From the IMG/VR virus record IMGVR_UViG_2651870089_000025, positions 32,001 through 96,000 of that record: 64,000 bases of DNA; one strand, 5' to 3'. This document shows, one piece after another, positions 11,901 through 20,900 of this stretch. This stretch comes from a virus. Taxonomy: Duplodnaviria; Caudoviricetes. The first letter of the stretch is position 1, and each line of letters begins with the position of its first letter. A model generated the notes under the pieces. That model was not told where the DNA came from. It searched no databases and saw nothing but the letters and a program-made list of their open reading frames with translations. A program made the translations under genes and the position numbers.

Positions 11901-14900
11901 TATTAGAATAACACTCGACGACATCGACGATGTCGTCGAGCTCGACGACATCGAATCTTATGAAATTGAGTTGTCATCGTTTGATTTTGAAGACGAATAT
12001 CCAGTAATGAATGTAACAGTTACAAATGCTGGACTAGTAAAACAAAATGATAGTATTTTTATAACAACAGCCGCAAGTTACGAAAATACAGTTGAAGTAG
12101 TATTTGATCAAATACCCGAAGGCCCAGTAACTATAATTGGGCAAGTGTATAATCCAACAATAACTTTAACCGGCGAAATTCAAATTGACAATGTTACGCT
12201 AACTGTTACCAAAGGCGATACGTTATTTCATTCTGCACCAACTGCGCCATATACCGGAGGTATTATTGGTAACATTACACAAAATGTTCCAAACGTAAGT
12301 GCGTATAGTAATAACGGCTATTTACAAATTACAACAACAAATAAGTCCATATCAATTGACTCGCAGGTGAACTTGTTTGATAGTGACGTGGGTATTGTAA
12401 GCGATACATACTATAATGAATTAACATTAGATGAAATTTATAACGGATTTATTGAAGCCAAGGTACCAGATTTATTCATTACAAAAGATGAAACAAGAAA
12501 AGAATTACAATTAACAGGGCAATATGCAAACAAAATACAAGTAAAGAAAGGTGTAGGCGGAGCATTTAGTGCGCTATTCTTTACAGACACATCTAATAAC
12601 GAAGTATCTAAAATTGATAATCGTATTGTAACGATGGAAAATGTTTTAAAGGATATAAATGCTATAGTAGCAAATGAGGATTTTCTTGCTACAACCGATA
12701 TCAATGGTAATTTAAAACTTGAGTACAACGGTTCTAAGTTGTCTGTTTCCGGCGAGGGTTTATCCACGTTGGGACTTATTGCACAAACTAGCACATTACA
12801 AGTAGACTCAGTTATTTCTCATCCTTTTTATAAAGATAGTGTTATTGTTTTGAGTAATGTTTTAACAGAAGACAAGAAAAGCACAGGTTTAGCAGGCGGA
12901 TATGTTGTTGAAGAAGAAGTACTTTATATTAATAAAGAAGTTAATATTACCGCTGGCGTTGTTACTATAAAAGACTTAGATACAGATGAAATAGAAACTT
13001 TAGTAAATGTTAATAAAATACCACTATACGATATAGTTGGCGCCGACCGTGATTATATAAAAGAAATAGAAATTGATATTCAGTTTCCTATGTTGCCAAA
13101 TAGAATTTTAGTCGGCGATACCGATAACCTAAGTAGAATATCAACCGGTATGTCCGGCGAAGTACAAACAGTTTTATTCGGCAAAATAGGACCGTATACA
13201 GGATTAGTAGGAAACAATGGCAATGTTGTTGTTTCAACCGAAGGTGGTTCAACATTTACCACTGGAAAATTTACTGTGTCCATAACAGTAGAAAAGCGTG
13301 GAGTATTTGTAATCGATGAATTCTTCAATGGCGAAGGTAATAATACTTCATCTAATAAGATAAAACTGTGGCATCCTAGACGGTTTAAAACAAAAGAAGA
13401 TGCATTTAGCGACACTAAAACTAATAAAAGTTTTTATTCGTTGCAAGATTTAGTATGGGTTGATAATGAACCAAATGGTTGGTTAGTAAGTAAGTTAATT
13501 GATACAGACACACATTATGGTTTATCTGGTGTTAGTTTAGCACAAGGCGGTAGAGGTTATACACCTGCTGATATTGGTAAACATTTTACGTTTGAAACGC
13601 TAATCGAAGGAACAAAAGTTCAGCCGGTTTGTAAAATTGATGATATATTATATGGCGTTGGTAGTATTACTGTTACGGCCGGCGGGTTAGGATATACAAG
13701 TCCTCCGGCGGTGGCTTTTTCTGGAGGAGACGAGCAAGAACCAGCATTTGCTAGAGCATATTTAGATTCGGTACTTTCTAGTATTACTATTACTGACCCT
13801 GGCGCTGGCTATCAGTACTTACCGGGTGTTGAGTTATACGAATCTCCACTATACGAAGGAAAAATATGGTACGTAGAGCACAACTTAAATCAGAAATACG
13901 TTAATTTAGAGTTATTTGATGATAATCATATAGCAGTTGGTCCAGAGTACGTTTCGCCAGTAATTACATATGTTGATGAAAATAATTTAACAGTTGATTG
14001 GAATGGCGTAATAACTAGAGGTTATATTGATGTTATTAGATCCGAATACGTAAGCCCGTTAAATGCATCGTCTCGTTTCTGGTCAATAGCTCATAATTTA
14101 GGACAGCAGTTAGTTAATGTTGATATTATATATGATAACGACATAGGAGCAGCCGGACATTTTGATCATCCTCTAATTGAGTATTCGGATACAAATACTC
14201 TTACAGTAGTTTTCCCAAAAGGCATAGAAAAGTCAGGGTATGTTGCTGTAACTTATAGTGATAATTATGCACCAGGGGCTGCATCTGGACCAGGCTACAC
14301 GCACGATCAAAGTTCTGCTTCGCAGACGTGGTCTGTAACACACAATTTAGGTAAGAGACACGTTAATGTGGATGTGGCTCTTCCTGGAAGTAGTGTAGAT
14401 TTAACCGACTTAGGTAACTGGGCAACAGTATCACATAACTTAAATTCACAGTATGTTAATATAGCATTAGTTGATGCTGATGACAATGCAGTTGGCACTA
14501 TATACGATCAGGTTGTTGTTACGTATTTTAGCACCACTGCATTCAGGTTAGAACGAGGGTCTACTGTTATTGATAAAGCAGTTGTTGTTAAACCTCGATT
14601 TGTTAGTACTGTACAGCCAACAGCAAATACATGGACAATTACGCATGGTTTAAATGAAGATATTGTTAACGTTGAAATCATCTACACAGATAATACATCC
14701 GCTATTGGAAAATATGACTATCCGTTGATCGAATATACAGACGCAAATACTATTAAAGTTTTATTTCCGCCTGGTGTTGCTAGAGCCGGCTATGTTGCAG
14801 TAGCGCATAACAACGATAATAATATCGCATCGGGCTCTGGATATGAACACACACAAAGTTCTGCTTCGTCGACATGGACTATTAATCATAATTTAGGACA

Positions 14901-17900
14901 AAAATATGTTGTTGTTGATGTAGCAATGTTAGGTAGTGACATCGATTGGACCGGCTACAGTACACAATTTGTTATATTGCATAGTCTAGCGCAAAAATAT
15001 ATTAATGTTGAATTTGTTGGCAGCAATGATAATGTTATACATAACACATATAATGAGGCAATTCTTTCACACACTGATAGCAATAACATAACACTTACAT
15101 ATAATAATTCGGCTGACGTAAATAAAATTGTAGCAGTACCATCAAACTATACAAGTGCGTTGCAAGGAACTGCAAATATTTGGACAATTACCCACGGACT
15201 AGGAGTAGATTTTGCAAATGTGGACGTTATTTACAGCGACGATACATCTGCAAAATCTTTATTAGATCAGCCATTGATTGAATATACAGATTCAAACAAT
15301 ATTAGAGTAATATTCCCAACTGGTATAACAAAATCAGGGTATGTAGCAATTAATAGTGCTGGCGCGTATCAGCATACACAAGCATCTGCAACAACCACAT
15401 GGACGGTTACACACAATCTAGGTAGTCAGTATGTAAATGTTGATATTGCAGTATTAGGCGCTAGTATACAAGACAGCGATGTTAGCGCATCAATTAATGA
15501 CACTTTGTATTATAATATTAGCGGGATGTATGATTACCCAGAGATTATTTTTGTTGATGCAAATACATTAACTGTTACTTTTGCTACAGCAATTGCAGGT
15601 AAAGCAGTTATTTCTACTGGTACAGTAATTAATGGTGCTAGTGGACTGTATTATAATACTAGAGGATTATACGATAATCCTGAAATAAAGTATATTGATA
15701 ACAATAACTTAACTCTTACTTTTCCTGGATCTATAGCAGGTAAAGCAGTTGTTTCTGCTGGCGCTGTGTTTAATACTGATGTAGGAAGTAGGTATTATAA
15801 TATTAAAGGAAACTATGATTTCCCAACAATTGTACATACATCGAGTAATACGTTGTTTGCTAAATTCCTAATGCCACAAGAAGGCAAGTTAATGGTTTCT
15901 GCTGGTAAAGGTATATTAGATGATGATGCTGTAGTAACAGCACACATGGAGGTTGGCGACGACGGCGGTTGTCTAGGCATGACAATTAATACAGCCGGTA
16001 CCGGTTATCAGATTGGAGATACTATTATAGTAACCGGTGGTGTTGGAACACCTGCAACGGGAACTATTACTTCGGCAACAATAGGCGAAGTTGATACTAT
16101 AACTATAAGTGACCCCGGCTCGGGATACTTGACTGCGCCTAACGTTACAATTGACCCACCAACAAGCGGCACAACAGCAACCGCTACAGTAACAATTGAC
16201 GGTACAGCCGGAGAAATTATTACAGTTGATACTTTTAGTGCCGCAGATCCGTTACGAGCAACAGGGACATACACGGGCGTAACAGGTACAACATCGGGCT
16301 CGGGCACACTAGGTACGTTTGATATTACAGTTGACGGTACTGGCGCAGTTACAAGTGTTACTGTAGTAGATGGCGGTAATAGCAATGCAGTAAATGACAC
16401 AATTACAATTGCTGATGCAGATTTAGGCGCCGGGGGCGCCGCAGACTTTACAATGGATGTTGCTACAGTTTATGCTGGTTCTCTGGCTACCATTACACTT
16501 ACAGATGGCGGTGATGGTTATACAGCTGCACCAACCGTTACTATAGATTCTCCGCCAGCGGGCGTTACTGCATTAGCAACAGCTACAGTAACCTCAATTG
16601 GTATACCTACTGCAATATCTGTATTAAACGGGGGCGATTACACAGAATTACCTAATCATACAAATGTAGCAACAACAGCATCTCCTTCTGGAGGGAGATC
16701 CGGATTAACATTAGACTTGCTGTTTAAAGTTAAGTCTATATCTATTGAAACAACAGAGTCATTCCAATCACCGCCCGATATAAAAATTGCCGCCCCAATA
16801 AATCCAGGCGGCGGGGGATGTACACCTAGACAAGCTACTGCGGTTGCGGCAATATCAGGAACAATAGATAGAGTAGAAGTATTAGATAACGGTCAGTATT
16901 TGTCAACACCAATTATTAGTTTTGTTGGCGGTGGCGGTGCCGGCGCGGCCGCTACTGCTAATTTAGCAGGTCCGGTGTCGGCTATTTCGGTAGTTAATCC
17001 CGGGGACATAACTAAACTGCCCGACCCTGCTACTAATTTACCAACAATAGAAGTTGATAAAATTGTCGGAACGGACATGAAAGTAAATGCTACTTTTGAG
17101 GATATTACAAGTTTTGACACATGGTACGAAACAGTTAGAAGAGAAGAAGAACGAGTAAATACAAAACTTTTTGATGTTGCTTCTCTTTATGATATTGCGG
17201 AAGATATAATTGATACTAAACCGTTATTATTAGATTTTACAAAAGGACTTATTCCTGGACTGGCAAGCACTGAAATTTCTTACAGAGTTAATAATGATCC
17301 TGCTAGATACAATGTGTCTAGCAACGAAAATGCGTTAGTAAACGAAGATTTACTATGGGGCAGTAAGCAAGAAGGCGTGTTATGGTGGGATACATCAACC
17401 GTTAGGTTTTATGATGCTGAACAAGGCGATAATAGGTATCGTAGACGTTATTGGAATAAAATGTTCCCAGGATCAAGCATAGACGTTTACGAATGGGTTA
17501 AAAGTTCAGTAGCACCGTTAAGTTATAAAGGAAATGGGGTTGTAAGAAGCACAACTGAATATTGTCAAGTAGAAGAATGGAATTCATCAACTAACAAATT
17601 TGTAACATCATATTACTTTTGGGTAAAAGATAAATCTACTGTACCTGCTATTAGTAGTCGTTCTCGAAGTGCCGCTACTGTTGCGTCGTATCTTTCCGAT
17701 ACGTCCTTGTCGGAATGGTATGCTCCGGTTAGCAATCAGTATGAAATAGCTGTACCGATAGTTATTACAAGTTCTTCGACTACGCAAGAAATATCTGCAG
17801 AAGGTGTAAATCCGTTAGATATAACTAAAGTTTTAATTAACGGTAATACACAAGCATATGAGAATGGTATTGTTGATAGTGATGGGTTGATTAAAACAAT

Positions 17901-20900
17901 TATATTATCTATTACACCTAACGTAAATGATTTTATGGAAGTATTCTATAAGAAACCCGGCGGTGCAATAATTATTAACGGCATTGATAGATTTATTACA
18001 CCAGAAAGTTCGCATTTACAACTAAAATATAAAATTAAGGAAACAGAAGGTAACGTACATAAACAATGGGTATTACTAAGAAAAAGCGATCCACGTAGCG
18101 TAATCCCGAATTATTTTATCAATAAGATGATCGATAGTTTAGTTGGATATGACAAGACAGGATTAGCAGTTCCTGATACTGAAATGTTGCATCCAACACG
18201 ACGATACGGTACATTATATCGACCAAGACAAACATGGTTTAAGGATGTGAATCTTGCAAGAAAGAATTTTGTTTATTTAATGAATAAAACGTTGATCGAG
18301 CTGCCAATTAACGACGATAAAACAGGGTGGGATGCAAATGTTTATAACAATGAGTTTATAACTTATATTGACTGGTGGGCAACTGGTTATTCGGCTAGCA
18401 CCGCAGTTAATCATACTGTTAATACAACATTAGAAAGAGATCGGTTAACTAACCTAGCAAACGGCGATGTTGTAAAAGTATTAAACGATGGTGCAAACAG
18501 ATGGCGTGTTTTTGAGTATAATAATACTACAAATAAATTCTTAAAAATAGGTGCAGAAAAGCAGACAGTAAACTTTACTACAGCAACATATACTGATACT
18601 CTTACCGTTGATCAAAGCAATAGTTTGCGTAATATTATTGAGGCTATTTTTAATAATGTATTTACAACCACGTGGCATGTGAAGTTAAATGAAATATTCT
18701 TTGGCATGTCGGCTTATGTTCTTGCTGAGCAGCCTGATGTGAATTGGATATTTAAGAGTTCGTATTTAAATGTATCGTCAGAAGAAGAAGATCTAGGACA
18801 AAGGTTACAATATAAAGTTGACTTATTGCCGCATTTGCAAGAGTACATAAGTGAAGTTAAGCCTTATACTACAAAAGTTAGAGAATATAGGGGCGTTAAA
18901 AGTTTATCTTTGGATATTGCACAATCTCATATAACTGACTTTGATAACCCGCCGTATTATAATCCAGAGACCGCCGCGGTAGTTCCTTTACAGGCAGGAG
19001 TTAATCCTGCGTATGATTTAATTCTACAAACAGGAATTTATAAAGATTATTTAGAAAATTATACCGATAACAATCTAGTTAGAGCATTAACTGTTACTGT
19101 ATTATTTGACAGAGTAGATAGAAATATTTTACCAGCAAAGACATATATAACTGCTGGTAATGCAGGCGCAGACTCAAGATCGGTGCATTATAAAACCGAG
19201 TATACTGATGCAGAGAGATTGCGTAATGCGATACGAGATTTAGCAACAAGGGACTCTGTAGGAGACTTAACAACAGGAAGTATATGGGATCATGCTTCAC
19301 AGCGTATAGCAAAATACTCTAGTAATATTGGCTATAATTTAGAAGCATTAGCAAATATGTCATTGATCTCTAATCAAAATATAATGGATCATCCTGTTAT
19401 TGTTAGTAATTCGTTAGACGCATTAGAGACTATTACATATGATCAGTTAGTAGGTAATGATACTTATTACACTATCACCGGTGGTTACCATAGAGATTTA
19501 TCGTTGAAAGTATTTGAGGCGGTTCTCTATTATGACTTTGTTAGAAGTGGCATTGACTTAACTGGCCAAAGTTCTGCATTTGATAATTTAGTCGACGGCG
19601 TAAACTTAGATGTTTCAGGAATATCTGACGCTGGACTTGATATGGTTACTTTTATAAGACAATATAATAGTATACAATCCATGTTTATCAGAGGGTTACA
19701 AGATGCTTTTTATGATCTCCGTAAAGTTCAAATTGAGAACGGCAATCGTTTTGATATCACAACATTTGAAAATGACGATCCATTGCCAAAAGAATGGGGT
19801 TGGGATAGTCAACCGTGGGATTATACGTATACAGAAAACCCTGAAAACTTTAGAAGAATTAAATGGGATCAAGGACAGGACTTACCAGTACTTTACGCAG
19901 AATTTCCAAATACATCATTAGTTGGCAATGCGTTCAAAGATTTTAGTGGTAAGTTTGCAGATAGAGTAGGCTGGCACATATTTAATAGAGAAACAAAGTC
20001 AGGCGTTGAGTTTGTAGATTATAGACGAGATTTAATTTATATTACAGCAAGTGGTATTCCTGATCATCCAACAAATTGGAATGATCCGTTGCGTCCGGAT
20101 TTAAGAACATCATCTCCGCGTATAACACATCAAAACATGTCTTGGAACATTCCAAATACTGTTTTTGTGCCAATTGCAACAGAAAAAGAAAGTGTCCCAC
20201 ATGGACCTGTTGGTGTATTTAGAAATGGCGTAGCATTATACAGTAGTAAAGCAATTGCTAGTTACTCTGATCAAGATGTTTGGCATTATAATACTATGCA
20301 TATTGATTCTGCCCGAACTGATACAGGATACGGACCAAGTGGTACTTCTGCTACATTAAATAGATTCTTCTGGTCCTTTAGAGACGAACACGGTGCTGGT
20401 GTTAGCCCATCGGGACAATATCATTATTATACTAATCCTACGTCAATTTATAATGATAACTTACAGCAACATAGTCCGTTGTTAGGTTATGCATTTGATG
20501 GAGTGCCAATTTATGGACCTCGGGTATATGCAAGTAAGCATTATATAGGTGACGGAACAACAACGGCATTTGCTGGACCAGTAGAACCTGATTATAGTTT
20601 AATTGACGACTCCTTTATAAAAGTTACAATAGATGGCGTTGTACAGGAAGAAACAACTAACTTTACATTTACAGGCGCTACAGACGCAAAATCAGAAATA
20701 ACATTTGTGTCAGCACCTGCCGCAGACAGCGAAATTCTGTTTACAGTTACAATTACTGTTCATAGAGTTCAATCAAGTTATAGATTAAAGACTGGAACTA
20801 GAACTGCTATAGGCAGCGAAACAAATCCTGGAGGCACATACGACGGCACATTCTACGAAGACTACGAATACGTTGCAGGCCTAGGCCATCTAGACGAGTA

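Noticed and set aside
9547-16470. Near-identical segments as a DGR template/variable repeat pair
   Set aside because: There is no reverse transcriptase in the window, the differences are not adenine-specific, and both copies are internal coding modules.
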